Shown here: positions 1-8,944 of the stretch, one piece after another
Layout: the number at the start of each line of letters is the position of its first letter
Numbering within the stretch: position 1 is the stretch's first letter
NCBI GenBank assembly: GCA_041661745.1
Contig: JBAZTR010000002.1
Location: 132,368 to 196,367, forward strand
From: Patescibacteria group bacterium
GTDB lineage: Bacteria; Patescibacteriota; Patescibacteriia; UBA9934; GWF2-40-263
Direction of reading: 5' to 3'
Length of the DNA stretch: 64,000 nt
Position numbers and translations under genes: made by a program
Notes under the pieces: generated by a model
What the model saw: only the letters and a program-made list of their open reading frames with translations
Told to the model about the DNA's origin: nothing
Databases searched by the model: none

Positions 1-261
1 TTCATATTCCATTGGCGGCGGGTAACAAAATCTGTACGTACTATTTCCGTCTGGGTTACATGCCTTATTCGACGCCTTATCATTAGAGTCGGCGAATCGA
101 CCGTCCGGACCGTCTTTTCTGTCAGCATCATTCGTACAAATTTCCTCAGTCCAGCAACGCGGATCTGTCGTGGGATCAACAACAGCCTCGGCCGCCATAA
201 TCGGACCAGCCGGAAAGAGTAAAAACAAACTGATTAAAATTAACCAAACTTTCATAAAAAA

Positions 262-999
262 TTATTCAGTCATTTTTTCCATAACGCCGCGCAACAAATC
301 AGCCGGAACCGCCCCTTCGATCATTTGGTCACCTAAAAACATTGTTGGCGTGCCATAAACACCGGCCTGCAAGCCTTCAGCCAAATCGGCTTCAACCAAA
401 CTGGCTTTAACTCCGGAATTAAGACAAGAAATGAATTTCCCCATTTCTAAATCTAAGGCGCGGGCGTATTCGACAATGGCTGTTTGAGATAAATCGGATT
501 GATTTTGGTACAACTTATCAAACATTTCCCAAAACTTCCCTTGATCTTGAGCACATCCAGCGGCTTCGGCGGCCAAAATTGCTTCAGGATGAAGATCAGC
601 CAAAGGGAAATCTTTATAAACAAAATAAACTTTGTCACTAAACTGAGTGGTCAACGAACGCAGAGTAAACGCCAACTGTTGAGAATATGGACAGGCAAAA
701 TCACCAAACATGACAATTTTTAGAGCCGCCCCAGGATTACCAAAGGCCGGCTCTTCGGCTAAAGAAAAATTTGCAATTTTGTTGGAAGTTGACGCGGCAG
801 CCGCCGTTAACTCACTAACGGTCATGTCCCTGGCCTGCTCAATCCGATTTTCGGCGATTTGACCCGATTTAATCAAATCAAAATAGTAAAAGATACGCCA
901 AACAAATAAAGCCACGCCCAGTAAAACCACAAAAGTGACTATGGCCGGCCACCAATGGCGGTGTGGCGATAAACTTTTTTCCCCCTTAATTATTGGCAT
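262..999 (-). CDS. DsbA-like thiol:disulfide oxidoreductase (thioredoxin fold) with N-terminal membrane anchor
   Basis: 245-aa ORF. CxxC-type active site in FGDFACPYSQQ. Hydrophobic N-terminus (WWPAIVTFVVLLGVALFVW). Confidence 0.7.
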   Translation of the reverse strand: MPIIKGEKSLSPHRHWWPAIVTFVVLLGVALFVWRIFYYFDLIKSGQIAENRIEQARDMTVSELTAAAASTSNKIANFSLAEEPAFGNPGAALKIVMFGDFACPYSQQLAFTLRSLTTQFSDKVYFVYKDFPLADLHPEAILAAEAAGCAQDQGKFWEMFDKLYQNQSDLSQTAIVEYARALDLEMGKFISCLNSGVKASLVEADLAEGLQAGVYGTPTMFLGDQMIEGAVPADLLRGVMEKMTE

Positions 1000-1135
1000 A
1001 GAAATGAAAAAATTCCTTGATAAAAGTATAACAGAATCTTAGGATTAACAAAAGAAAAAAATATCGTCAATTGACATAAGCGGCCATCTCTGGTATCTTT
1101 AAACTTGTTGTTTTGCTAGTTATCCCTCTGTAATT

Positions 1136-1354
1136 ATGATCGAGAACATCTTAAATATCTCCCAAGCCGTATTAGCCGTAATTCTTGTTGTTTGTATTCT
1201 TCTGCAAGCCCGCGGCACTGGTTTGGGCGCAGCCTTTGGTGGCGACAGCAATGTTTATCGTACCAAACGCGGCATTGAAAAACGACTTTTCCAAGCCACT
1301 ATTGTCGTGGCAATTCTCTTCTTTGGTGTCTCTTTGGCCAACGTGGTTTTCTAA
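1136..1354 (+). CDS. secG: Preprotein translocase subunit SecG
   Basis: 72-aa, two-TM protein with the SecG-type LLQ..G.G.G..FGG motif (ILLQARGTGLGAAFGG). Confidence 0.7.
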   Translation: MIENILNISQAVLAVILVVCILLQARGTGLGAAFGGDSNVYRTKRGIEKRLFQATIVVAILFFGVSLANVVF

Positions 1355-1373
1355 AACAAGAGACAAATTTTTT

Positions 1374-3239
1374 GTGCCATTAGGCATACTCTTAAAATCC
1401 GGTTTTAAAAATCTATTCAGACGCTTAAAGGGCGCTTGGTCTGATTTACGTTCCCCAAAAAACCAAACCGGCAATTTGACCAAAAAACAAATCCTGCAAC
1501 TCTCAACCAACCATCGTTTTCCAACCTTGGCTCAATGGAAACATTTGCCTTCAGTCCTTTCTGAGACGGAAAAGAAAACCCTGCAAGTTGTTTTGGCTGT
1601 GGGAGCAGTCTCTTTCATTACCTTGGGTAGTTGGTGGTTGGTTACTCATCGGGCCGAGGTTCCGATGGTTGGTGGTTCGTATACCGAGGGTTTGGTTGGC
1701 TCCCCACAATTTATCAATCCCCTTTATTCCTCAACCAGTGATGTTGATTCTGATTTGGTCAGCTTAATCTATTCCGGACTTTTTAAATGGACTCAGGCCG
1801 ACGGCCTGCAACCCGATCTGGCCGAATCCTTTACGGTTTCCGAAGACCAGAAAACTTATACTATTAAATTGCGCGGCAACGCCGTCTGGCATAACGGCGA
1901 CCCGGTTCGTTCCAGTGACGTCTTATTCACTATTCAAAGCATTCAGGATCCGGCTTATCACAGTCCTTTGGCTATAAGTTTTCGCGGCGTAACCGTTTCA
2001 GAAGTTGATGAGTTGACTGTTCAGTTTGTTTTAAGTGAACCGTTTGCCCCGTTTCTTTCTTCCTTAATTGTCGGTATTTTACCATCGGCTATTTGGGCGG
2101 AATTGCCAGCCAAAAATGTTCCTTTAACCTCATTCAATCTTTCCCCTATTGGTAGCGGCCCGTACAAATTCGAAAAATATGCCGTGGAAAAAAGTGGTGA
2201 AATAAAATCATATTCACTAGTTCGTAACCCGGCCTACTACGGTGAGCCAGCTAAAATCGAACATTTAATTTTTAAATTTTATAACGATGCCACCAGCGCG
2301 GTGGCCGCTTTGCAAAACCAAAATGTCGAAGGGGTCGGTTTTGTGCCTAGTTACTTAGTTGAGGAAATAGCTGAAGACAAATCAGTTAATCTGTTTTACC
2401 CCAGCATGCCACAGGCCGTAACCCTCTTCTTTAATTCCGACACACAACCGCTTCTTGACGACGAAGACATTAGGCAAGCTTTGTCTTTAATTATCGACAA
2501 AGATCAAATCATTAACGAGGCCCTGGGCGGCAAAGGAACAAAGATCAATTCACCAATCCTGCCCGGCACCCTCGGTTACGACGAAACAATTGGCCAAACG
2601 GCCATTGATTCGGCCCAGGCCCTTGCTTTATTGGATAAGACCGATTATACTCAAACCTCTTCGGAAGGCTATCGAGCCAAAACCGTCAAAAAAACCGAAA
2701 ACGGAACAACTGTCGAAGCCCTCGAAGAGTTGACTTTAACTTTAACCGTTATTAATCAACCGACCTTTATTAAGGTGGCCGATCTGATTACGGCTCAGGC
2801 TAAAAGTGTTGGTATTAAAATCCAAACCGAAACCGTTGAACCAACCTCGCTTTATAATGAAGTTATCAAACCGCGAGCTTATCAAATTCTTTTAACAGCC
2901 ACACAATACGGTTTGGATTCTGATCCATATCCGTTCTGGCATAGTTCGCAAATTAAAGATCCCGGTCTAAACCTTTCACTTTACAGCAACCGAACGGTTG
3001 ATGAATTGTTAGAAAAAGCTCGGGCTACCAATAATTCTGAAGAACGGGCCACAGCTTATAAAGATTTTCAAACACAAATCGTTAAAGATTTACCAGCTAT
3101 TTTCTTGTATCAACCAGCCTACACCTACGCCGTCGGTTCGAAAATAAAAAATGTTTCTCTTCAAAAAATTCAGTCACCGGCCGATCGTTTCCAAGACATT
3201 ACCGGTTGGTATATCAAAACAAAAAATGTCATCAAATAA
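1374..3239 (+). CDS. ABC transporter substrate-binding protein, family 5 (oligopeptide/nickel type), membrane anchored
   Basis: Long ORF 1185..3239. Its 5' part overlaps secG, so the start is placed at GTG 1374 just after the secG stop. There is an N-terminal TM segment and then an SBP_bac_5-like length and composition. Confidence 0.6.
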   Translation: MPLGILLKSGFKNLFRRLKGAWSDLRSPKNQTGNLTKKQILQLSTNHRFPTLAQWKHLPSVLSETEKKTLQVVLAVGAVSFITLGSWWLVTHRAEVPMVGGSYTEGLVGSPQFINPLYSSTSDVDSDLVSLIYSGLFKWTQADGLQPDLAESFTVSEDQKTYTIKLRGNAVWHNGDPVRSSDVLFTIQSIQDPAYHSPLAISFRGVTVSEVDELTVQFVLSEPFAPFLSSLIVGILPSAIWAELPAKNVPLTSFNLSPIGSGPYKFEKYAVEKSGEIKSYSLVRNPAYYGEPAKIEHLIFKFYNDATSAVAALQNQNVEGVGFVPSYLVEEIAEDKSVNLFYPSMPQAVTLFFNSDTQPLLDDEDIRQALSLIIDKDQIINEALGGKGTKINSPILPGTLGYDETIGQTAIDSAQALALLDKTDYTQTSSEGYRAKTVKKTENGTTVEALEELTLTLTVINQPTFIKVADLITAQAKSVGIKIQTETVEPTSLYNEVIKPRAYQILLTATQYGLDSDPYPFWHSSQIKDPGLNLSLYSNRTVDELLEKARATNNSEERATAYKDFQTQIVKDLPAIFLYQPAYTYAVGSKIKNVSLQKIQSPADRFQDITGWYIKTKNVIK

Positions 3240-3240
3240 T

Positions 3241-3327
3241 GGGCGAGTGGCGGAATTGGTATACGCGTAGGTCTCAGAAGCCTATGTCTGCAAAGACTTG
3301 AGAGTTCGAGTCTCTCCTCGCCCACCA
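3241..3327 (+). tRNA. tRNA-Leu (anticodon CAG), long variable arm, encoded CCA
   Basis: Cloverleaf GGGCGAG..CTCGCCCACCA. Anticodon loop CTCAGAA. Long extra arm TGTCTGCAAAGACTTGA. Confidence 0.8.
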
Positions 3328-3419
3328 AGCTTAGCTTGGCCCACCATTGAGAGTTTCCCGCCTTTGGCGGGACCCCGCCGAGGCCACCGAAGGCGGGGCG
3401 AGTCTCTCCTCGCCCACCA
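3328..3419 (+). repeat. tRNA-associated GC-rich double-hairpin element followed by a 20-nt duplicate of the tRNA-Leu 3' end
   Basis: TCCCGCCTTTGGCGGGACCCCGCC..GGCGGGGC at 3356-3398. Exact copy of GAGTCTCTCCTCGCCCACCA (tRNA 3308-3327) at 3400-3419. Confidence 0.75.
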
Positions 3420-3550
3420 AGTAGTTTTCCTTCTTATTTGTCTTCCCCTAAAAGCTTTGGGAGAAAACAAATAACGAGGAGAAATCCCCGTCTCTTCCCT
3501 TAATTAAATAATCGTTTTGCTGTTTTTACGTATTAAAAACAAAAATATTT

Positions 3551-5419
3551 ATGGTAGAAAAAATTCAACCTAAACAAGCCCATCGTGGCGGCCAACGTCG
3601 CCATCACCGGGCCGGTTTTCAAAAAACCAAACCGCTCGCCGTTAAAACACCAGAGGTCCCAAAGCCATTGGATAGTTTTAATCGCTTTCGCGGAAAAATT
3701 TTCCGTCGTCAAGACGCCAAACCGCTTCCTTCTAATCAACCGTCGTCACCCGGTGACACCCTGCGGGTGGTTATTATCGGCGGCTGCGAAGAAGTTGGCC
3801 GCAACATGACTGTATTCGAATACGGTAACGATATTGTCATCCTCGACATGGGTATTCAATTCCCCGAGGAGGACATGCCCGGCATTGATTACATTATTCC
3901 GAATATTAGTTACCTGCGCGGCAAAGAAAAAAATATTCGCGCCGTAATTTTTAGCCACGGCCACTTGGACCACATTGGCGCGGCCCCAATTCTTTTAGAA
4001 AAATTGGGTTATCCGCCAATTGTTGGTCGCAGCCTGACCTTGGCCATGATCAAAAAACGCTTGGAAGACCACGAACCAGGCTCAGCCAAAAAATTAAAAA
4101 CCATTCTAATTAAAAATATTAGCGATCGTTTTACTTTTGGTAAATTCAAAGTTGGTTTCTTTGATATCGAGCATTCCATTATGGACGCCGTTGGCGTTAT
4201 TTTGGGCACCCCGGCCGGCAACGTTCTTCACCCCGGTGACTGGACCATGGGTAAGGATGTGGAAAAGAATCAAGTTATTTCTTATCGTCACTTAACCAAA
4301 ATCCCCAGCCCGCGCATTTTAATGCTCGAAAGTTTGGGAGCCATTGATTTTCGAACCGAAACCGTCTCTGACAAAGAAATGTACGAAAATCTACAACTGT
4401 TAATTGATAAGGCCCCGGGCCGAGTGATTATCGGAACTTTCTCTTCGCAGATTAAACGCATTGGTAAACTAATCGAGTACGCCGAAAAAATCGGCAAAAA
4501 AGTTGCTCTCGATGGTTTTAGTATGAAGATGAACGTGGAAATCGCTCAGTCACTTGGTTACATTAAAGTTGCCCGAAACACCCTTATTCCCATCAATGAG
4601 GTTAATAGCCACCCTGATGAAAAAATCGTGATTATTTGTACCGGCGCCCAAGGCGAAGGCAACGCCGTGTTGTCGCGCATCATCAGTGATAACCATCGCT
4701 TCGTTAAAATTAAAAAGAAGGACACTGTCATCTTCTCTTCCTCGGTTATTCCTGGTAACGAACGCACTGTGCAGCGTCTAAAAGACAATCTGTATCGCAA
4801 ATGTGACAACGTTATTCACACCAGTATCATGGATGTGCACGTCAGCGGTCACTCCAACGCCGAAAACATCAAAGAAATGATTCGCCAAACTAAACCCGAC
4901 TTCTTTATTCCGGTTTATGGCAACCACTTCTTCTTAAAGGAGGCCGCCAAACGGGCCGTGGAAATCGGTTTCCCCAAAGAACGAATTATTGTGCCGGACA
5001 ACGGCTCGGTTATTGAATTCAAAAACCGCCAAGCCAAAATATCCGACCAAAAAGTTGATACCAGTTATATCTTTGTCGACGGTTTGGGCATCGGCGATGT
5101 CTCGCAAATCGTTTTGCGTGACCGCCAGGTTTTGTCCGAAGACGGTATGATTGTCGTCATCGTCCAAATCGATCGCAAAACCGGTAAACTGGTCGGCTCG
5201 CCCGACATTATCAGTCGCGGCTTTATCTTCATGAAAGAACATAAAGATTTAATCGAAGCGACTCGTCAAAAAGTCCGCGACATTGCCGCTGATAAGGATC
5301 CAAAAACCGAAGCCGACTCGGATGACATCAAAAACAACATCCGAAACGGCTTAGGCCAGTTCTTGTTCCAAAAAACCGAACGCCGGCCAATGATTCTGCC
5401 GGTTGTAATCGAAGTTTAA
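3551..5419 (+). CDS. rnj: Ribonuclease J (metallo-beta-lactamase / beta-CASP RNase) with basic N-terminal extension
   Basis: HGHLDHIG zinc motif, beta-CASP layout, 622 aa. Confidence 0.85.
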   Translation: MVEKIQPKQAHRGGQRRHHRAGFQKTKPLAVKTPEVPKPLDSFNRFRGKIFRRQDAKPLPSNQPSSPGDTLRVVIIGGCEEVGRNMTVFEYGNDIVILDMGIQFPEEDMPGIDYIIPNISYLRGKEKNIRAVIFSHGHLDHIGAAPILLEKLGYPPIVGRSLTLAMIKKRLEDHEPGSAKKLKTILIKNISDRFTFGKFKVGFFDIEHSIMDAVGVILGTPAGNVLHPGDWTMGKDVEKNQVISYRHLTKIPSPRILMLESLGAIDFRTETVSDKEMYENLQLLIDKAPGRVIIGTFSSQIKRIGKLIEYAEKIGKKVALDGFSMKMNVEIAQSLGYIKVARNTLIPINEVNSHPDEKIVIICTGAQGEGNAVLSRIISDNHRFVKIKKKDTVIFSSSVIPGNERTVQRLKDNLYRKCDNVIHTSIMDVHVSGHSNAENIKEMIRQTKPDFFIPVYGNHFFLKEAAKRAVEIGFPKERIIVPDNGSVIEFKNRQAKISDQKVDTSYIFVDGLGIGDVSQIVLRDRQVLSEDGMIVVIVQIDRKTGKLVGSPDIISRGFIFMKEHKDLIEATRQKVRDIAADKDPKTEADSDDIKNNIRNGLGQFLFQKTERRPMILPVVIEV

Positions 5420-5423
5420 TAGA

Positions 5424-5452
5424 AACCCCTGGGGTAAACCCGGGGGTTTTGA
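5424..5452 (+). terminator. Rho-independent terminator after rnj
   Basis: AAACCCCTGGGGTAAACCCGGGGGTTTT: GC hairpin followed by a T-run. Confidence 0.55.
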
Positions 5453-5469
5453 TTTTTCCCCAACGGCCC

Positions 5470-5498
5470 TTGACAACAAAATGGCTATATACTACTAT
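5470..5498 (+). promoter_or_regulatory. sigma70-like promoter (TTGACA, 17-nt spacer, TACTAT)
   Basis: TTGACA at 5470-5475, 17-nt spacer, TACTAT at 5493-5498, about 15 nt before the ATG at 5513. Confidence 0.5.
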
Positions 5499-5512
5499 AC
5501 TAGTATAACAAT

Positions 5513-5794
5513 ATGGAAAAAAAATCTGCTTGGCGTCGGGAATTAGAAAAGACTCTAAGTCTGGCGGCCCGCGACCCAAAAACTCTCAACCTTTTCTTAG
5601 ACGATTTACTCTCCCCCGAGGAATTACTGGCCTTGCCAGTGCGTTGGCAAGTTATCAAACGTCTCAATCAAGGCCTGCCTCAACACCAAATCGCCAAAAA
5701 ACTGGGAATTGGCGTAGCCACCGTAACGCGCGGGGCTAAAATGTTAAAAAATCAACAGGGTGGTTTTCGAAAAATTCTCAATACCCTCAAATAA
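5513..5794 (+). CDS. TrpR-like YerC/YecD family DNA-binding protein
   Basis: 93 aa. LSPEELLALPVRWQVIKRL..IAKKLGIGVATVTRGA matches the Trp-repressor-like HTH family. Confidence 0.6.
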   Translation: MEKKSAWRRELEKTLSLAARDPKTLNLFLDDLLSPEELLALPVRWQVIKRLNQGLPQHQIAKKLGIGVATVTRGAKMLKNQQGGFRKILNTLK

Positions 5795-5996
5795 TTTATT
5801 ATGTCGTTTCGCATAAAAGACAACCTAATTTGGTGGCGAACTTGTCAAAGGTAAGGCAAGATTCGTTTTGATTTTTCGAATATTTAACGAAACATCCCGG
5901 ATCTGGCCGGGATGTTTTTTTATTCGAAAGGGGTCAACGAATTGTTCGTTTGTCCTGACGGACAAAAAACCGTCACTTCACCTCAAGAGGTCTGTC

Positions 5997-6620
5997 ATGC
6001 TCGCGACTCCCTTCGCTCCTTCTGCCGTTTCTGCCAACGGATTCAAAATCGTTGTCAGAATCCCCGACCCGGAACAGGCAACCTTGGCCGCTTCGGAAGG
6101 CTTCGGCAAACCAATCGACCCGGCTCTAGAAAAAGACGTGACCGAACATCTGGCCGCCTGCCATTTCGGTCTGTCTTTCTTTAGCTCCGAGGACGAATTC
6201 GCCGGCTTTGCTCTCTACCGAAGACTCGGCAATATTCTCTGCGGTGGTGGCATGGTTCTGCGAACAGCTTTCCAAGCTCATGGGCTTGGACAAATTGCCA
6301 TCCAAACCGCGCGGGTCGTAAGCCAAACCGAATACCTGGCCTTCCGAACTCAATCGTTGCGTATGTGGACGGCTGGGAAAAAGGCTGTCTCGATCTGGCG
6401 ACCAAATCCCTCAGGCACGGACGATCCGGCGTTGGCTGAAGCAATCGAAAGAGCGGCGATCTTTCTTAAGGTCAATCAGACCGTGACCTCAGGATTCTAC
6501 GGCGGCCCGCTTTACGGGAAAAAGCCGCTCTACACCAAAGACGCGGCGCGTCAGGCCTGGTGGGACTCCATTTGCTCTTTCGAACGTGGCGACGCTATTC
6601 TTTGCGTCGGACGCTTTTAA
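5997..6620 (+). CDS. GNAT-family N-acetyltransferase (GC-rich gene)
   Basis: ORF 5868..6620 with probable start at the MLATPFAP Met. Acetyl-CoA motif-A-like VLRTAFQAHGLGQIA. Local GC is clearly higher than the flanks. Confidence 0.4.
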   Translation: MLATPFAPSAVSANGFKIVVRIPDPEQATLAASEGFGKPIDPALEKDVTEHLAACHFGLSFFSSEDEFAGFALYRRLGNILCGGGMVLRTAFQAHGLGQIAIQTARVVSQTEYLAFRTQSLRMWTAGKKAVSIWRPNPSGTDDPALAEAIERAAIFLKVNQTVTSGFYGGPLYGKKPLYTKDAARQAWWDSICSFERGDAILCVGRF

Positions 6621-6621
6621 C

Positions 6622-6660
6622 TTCAATGGCCGGCGGTGCTAAACCGCCGCCGGCCGAACC
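6622..6660 (+). terminator. GC-rich hairpin terminator after the GNAT gene
   Basis: GGCCGGCGGTGCTAAACCGCCGCCGGCC hairpin followed by TTTTTTT. Confidence 0.55.
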
Positions 6661-6667
6661 TTTTTTT

Positions 6668-7399
6668 ATGAAAATCATCATTAACCGAAAAATAACAAAA
6701 CCTTTTGTTTCCGTGGTGTGTTGTTTGCATGGCAATGAAAAATTCGGCTTGCGAATTTTTAACGCCCTCAAAAAACAGATCAATCGCTATCCCGGTCTGC
6801 AACTTATTGTTGCGAACGAAGAAGCAATAAAAATTAATAAACGCTTTGTCGATCAAGACCTAAATCGCTCGTTTCCTGGACGACCACAGGGAAACCACGA
6901 GACAAAATTGGCTTACAAAATTCTTAAAAAAGTTTTTCAAAGCGATTATGTTTTGGATATTCACACCACGGTTTCCGCGGCTGGTTTTTTAACGCCGATT
7001 TTTGCCAAACAAAATAAAAACACTCAGAGAATAATCAACTTACTGCCCGAAGAAAAAATAGTCATGGTTCGACAACCGCTGGCTAATCTTTCTCTTATCG
7101 GTAATGTCAAAAACGGGGTTTCTTTAGAATTTGGTAAAAAAGAAGCTAAGGGAAAACCAGCAGTTAAAACAGTTATGGAATTAATTGAAAATTTATATGC
7201 CGGACAAACAAACCGACCGCGACAACGACAGATTTTTTGTGTAAATGGAGTAATTCCAAAAGAAACAAAACTTCCAACCAAAGCTAAAAATTTTCAGTTA
7301 GTTAAAAAATATAAATTTTATCCAGTTTTGTTAAAAGACGCTTCTTATATTGGTAATCAGGGTTTAAAGGCTAATAAAAAAATCCAAAAGTTGATATAA
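6668..7399 (+). CDS. AstE/AspA-family zinc deacylase (succinylglutamate desuccinylase / aspartoacylase-like)
   Basis: VVCCLHGNEKFG (HGNE zinc-binding motif) near the N-terminus. Start at the MKIIINRK Met. Confidence 0.5.
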   Translation: MKIIINRKITKPFVSVVCCLHGNEKFGLRIFNALKKQINRYPGLQLIVANEEAIKINKRFVDQDLNRSFPGRPQGNHETKLAYKILKKVFQSDYVLDIHTTVSAAGFLTPIFAKQNKNTQRIINLLPEEKIVMVRQPLANLSLIGNVKNGVSLEFGKKEAKGKPAVKTVMELIENLYAGQTNRPRQRQIFCVNGVIPKETKLPTKAKNFQLVKKYKFYPVLLKDASYIGNQGLKANKKIQKLI

Positions 7400-7429
7400 A
7401 ATACAAAAAACTGCTAAACTGATTACGTT

Positions 7430-8422
7430 ATGTCTAAATTTCTAACTGCCATCCAGCCGAGCGGCCTTCTGCACCTCGGTAACTATATCGGGGCCATTGA
7501 ACCGGCCGTGGAATCGCAACGCGGCAACGAGCTGCGAATGTTTGTTGTTGATTACCACGCCATCACTGTGCCGCAAAAGCCGGAGGAACTGCGTAAAAAT
7601 ATTCTCCTTGCCACCGCCACTTATCTGGCCTGCGGTATTGATCCAAAAAAGACCATACTCTTTCAGCAATCGCGCGTGCCCCAACACGCCGAGCTGGCTT
7701 GGATTTTAAACTGCACGGCACGCATGGGCGAGCTGGAACGCATGACTCAATACAAAGACAAGGCCCGAACCCGCGGCGAAACCACCACCGTCGGTCTTTT
7801 CGACTACCCGGTGCTCATGGCCGCTGATATTCTTCTTTACGACACGGCCATTGTTCCGGTTGGCGAAGATCAAAAGCAACATGTGGAGCTGGCTCGCGAT
7901 TTAGCCATTCGTTTTAATCGCGATTTCGGCGAAACTTTTGTTGTTCCGCAGCCGAAAATCCGCGAAGTTGGGGCGCGTATTATGGGCCTTGATGATCCGA
8001 CCAAAAAAATGTCGAAATCGGCTTCCAATCCAAAAAATTACATCTCGCTAATGGACGACACTGAGACTGTCCGAAAAAAAATCATGAGCGCAGCCACCGA
8101 TTCCGAGGGACTTGTTGCTTTTGACGAAAAACGTCCGGGAATAGCCAACCTTATGACGATCTATACAGCTGTAGCCAAAAAAGACAATGAAAACATGGAA
8201 CGGCTCGAGGCTGAATACGACGGTAAAGGCTACGGCGAATTCAAAAAAGATTTGGCCGAAAAAATAAATGAATTCCTCGTGCCACTGCAGGCCAAAATTA
8301 GAACTAATCTGAAAAACGAAAAGGCCTTAATCAAAATTTTGGAAGCCGGCTCAAAACGCGCGGCCAAAGAAGCCGAGAAAAAAATGGAGTTGGTGCGGAA
8401 AAGGATTGGAATAAAATTATAA
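7430..8422 (+). CDS. trpS: Tryptophanyl-tRNA synthetase
   Basis: HIGH-type motif HLGNYIGA and KMSKS motif (KKMSKSASN). 330 aa. Confidence 0.9.
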   Translation: MSKFLTAIQPSGLLHLGNYIGAIEPAVESQRGNELRMFVVDYHAITVPQKPEELRKNILLATATYLACGIDPKKTILFQQSRVPQHAELAWILNCTARMGELERMTQYKDKARTRGETTTVGLFDYPVLMAADILLYDTAIVPVGEDQKQHVELARDLAIRFNRDFGETFVVPQPKIREVGARIMGLDDPTKKMSKSASNPKNYISLMDDTETVRKKIMSAATDSEGLVAFDEKRPGIANLMTIYTAVAKKDNENMERLEAEYDGKGYGEFKKDLAEKINEFLVPLQAKIRTNLKNEKALIKILEAGSKRAAKEAEKKMELVRKRIGIKL

Positions 8423-8436
8423 AAAAGATATACAAA

Positions 8437-8462
8437 AAATCGTCCTTGCGGACGTTTTTTTG
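8437..8462 (+). terminator. Rho-independent terminator after trpS
   Basis: CGTCCTTGCGGACG hairpin followed by TTTTTTT. Confidence 0.6.
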
Positions 8463-8463
8463 A

Positions 8464-8872
8464 CACAGAACCATCTGTAAGCCGAATTTTGTCTGCCCGA
8501 TCTTACGACCGAGGAGGCAATCATTTATCTAGATTAGACATTGCTGCCTAATTCATCAGCGAGCTACCAGTAAAACTTGCTCTTGTACCAGAAGGGGTTT
8601 TCCACGCGTCCATGTTGCCATGGAGCGAAAGGCGTTCGACGCCTTACTTTTCACCTTTCATCCCGCCAGAGGCGGGACTAGTATTGTCTCTGTGGCACTA
8701 ATCCCTAAGCTTTTGAACTTGAACAACAGAGATCTCTCAAGGTCGTCCAGATTCATTATGCTTGGTCGCCGTTAGCGACTTTCCTTTTCATCAGCCGTTG
8801 CCGACTGAAGGGTATTCGGACTTTCCTCAACTCACCTTTCGGCAAATCGCGATTGCCCGATGGTCTGTGCCC
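8464..8872 (-). ncRNA. rnpB: RNase P RNA (bacterial type) candidate
   Basis: About 410-nt ORF-free gap. The minus strand has GAGGAAAGTCCGAAT (P4 5' strand) near the 5' end and ACAGATGGTTCTGTG / CGGCTTA near the 3' end. The P1 strands pair (GCACAGACCATC with GATGGTTCTGTG). There is a GGTGAAAAGTAAGGCG-like element. Confidence 0.55.
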
Positions 8873-8944
8873 GAAGAAGATATCATAAAAAGGCGTTATT
8901 GTCAATGAAGCAAAAAAAGATTAAAATGGAGCTACTTCATTTTT

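Noticed and set aside
3282-3470. ORFs 3282..3470 (minus) and 29798..30106 (minus) sharing the peptide RGPAKGGKL
   Set aside because: The shared peptide is just the reverse-complement translation of the common hairpin core CCCGCCTTTGGCGGGACCCCGCC. Both ORFs run through tRNA genes.
5868-6620. Full-length 250-aa version of the GNAT ORF, and overlapping ORFs 5912..6184, 6126..6353, 6181..6444
   Set aside because: The N-terminal 43 codons run through the AT-rich promoter region with no start context. The start was moved to the internal Met. The overlapping ORFs are GC-driven artefacts.
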